Assembly (NCBI GenBank): GCA_049840735.1
Contig: JASGJN010000002.1
Span: 160,001 to 224,000 of the forward strand
DNA length: 64,000 nt
Source: Anaeromyxobacter sp.
Lineage (GTDB): Bacteria > Myxococcota > Myxococcia > Myxococcales > Anaeromyxobacteraceae
Direction: 5' to 3'
The notes below the pieces were generated by a model that saw nothing but the letters and a program-made list of their open reading frames with translations, did no database searches and was not told where the DNA came from. The translations under genes and the position numbers were made by a program. Below, in pieces: positions 63,653-64,000 of the stretch. The stretch's first letter is position 1. The number at the start of each line of letters is the position of its first letter.

Positions 63653-64000
63653 GTGGGACAACCAGCCGAGGCCATCGTCGGAGCGGAAGCGGTCGCGCCG
63701 TTCGAGCTGGGCGGAATCCCCATCAGTCACCCGTCCGGGCTACACGCCTTCGAGTGGTCGGGCCCGACCCGCTTCGTGACCACGCTCAACGCCGAGCTGG
63801 TCCTGATGGCGCGGCGCGATCCGGCCTTCGCCGCGTTCCTGCAGCGCAACGTCATCACCGTCGACGGCCAGTGGACGCTGTGGGCTGCGCGCCGCAAGCG
63901 CGGGGCCGAGGGCGTGACCAAGCAGAGCGGCTTCGACCTGCTGAGCGCCATCGCCGGCGCCTGCGCGCGCGACGGCCGGCGGCTCTTCATCCTGGGGGCC
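63653..64000 (+). CDS. WecB/TagA/CpsF-family glycosyltransferase (runs off window edge)
   Basis: Manual translation from GTG: FVTTLNAE, TVDG, SGFDL, RLFILG; GGAGGGG RBS. Confidence 0.85.
   Translation, partial: MGQPAEAIVGAEAVAPFELGGIPISHPSGLHAFEWSGPTRFVTTLNAELVLMARRDPAFAAFLQRNVITVDGQWTLWAARRKRGAEGVTKQSGFDLLSAIAGACARDGRRLFILGA

Overview
Very GC-rich chromosomal window; gene order and sequence style point to Myxococcota, most likely Anaeromyxobacter-like (inference). 1-35 kb is mostly core genome: phoH, a DUF4388/TPR pair, mazG, rpsT, lptE, leuS, asnS, a RAYT-type HUH transposase, a receptor-less chemosensory cluster, nusB-rib-nrdR-glyA-rpiB, the yceD-rpmF-plsX-fab operon and tRNA-Arg(CCG). 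35-40 kb holds regulators and an iron-storage operon (Fur box, a Fur C-terminal-domain-only mini protein, bfd, bfr). 40-64 kb is a Wzx/Wzy-type exopolysaccharide locus ending in two near-identical, divergently oriented lipoprotein genes. I count 14 single-base frameshifts, several in essential genes; 7 turn GATC into GATTC/GAATC, which suggests methylation-linked long-read errors rather than pseudogenes. Most interesting: the stand-alone Fur dimerisation domain coupled to bfd, the 1.6-kb inverted paralog pair, a DnaA-box/IHF-like cluster before rpsT, and the RAYT element with inverted ends and a sigma54-like promoter. All product calls come from motif recognition by eye; no searches were run.
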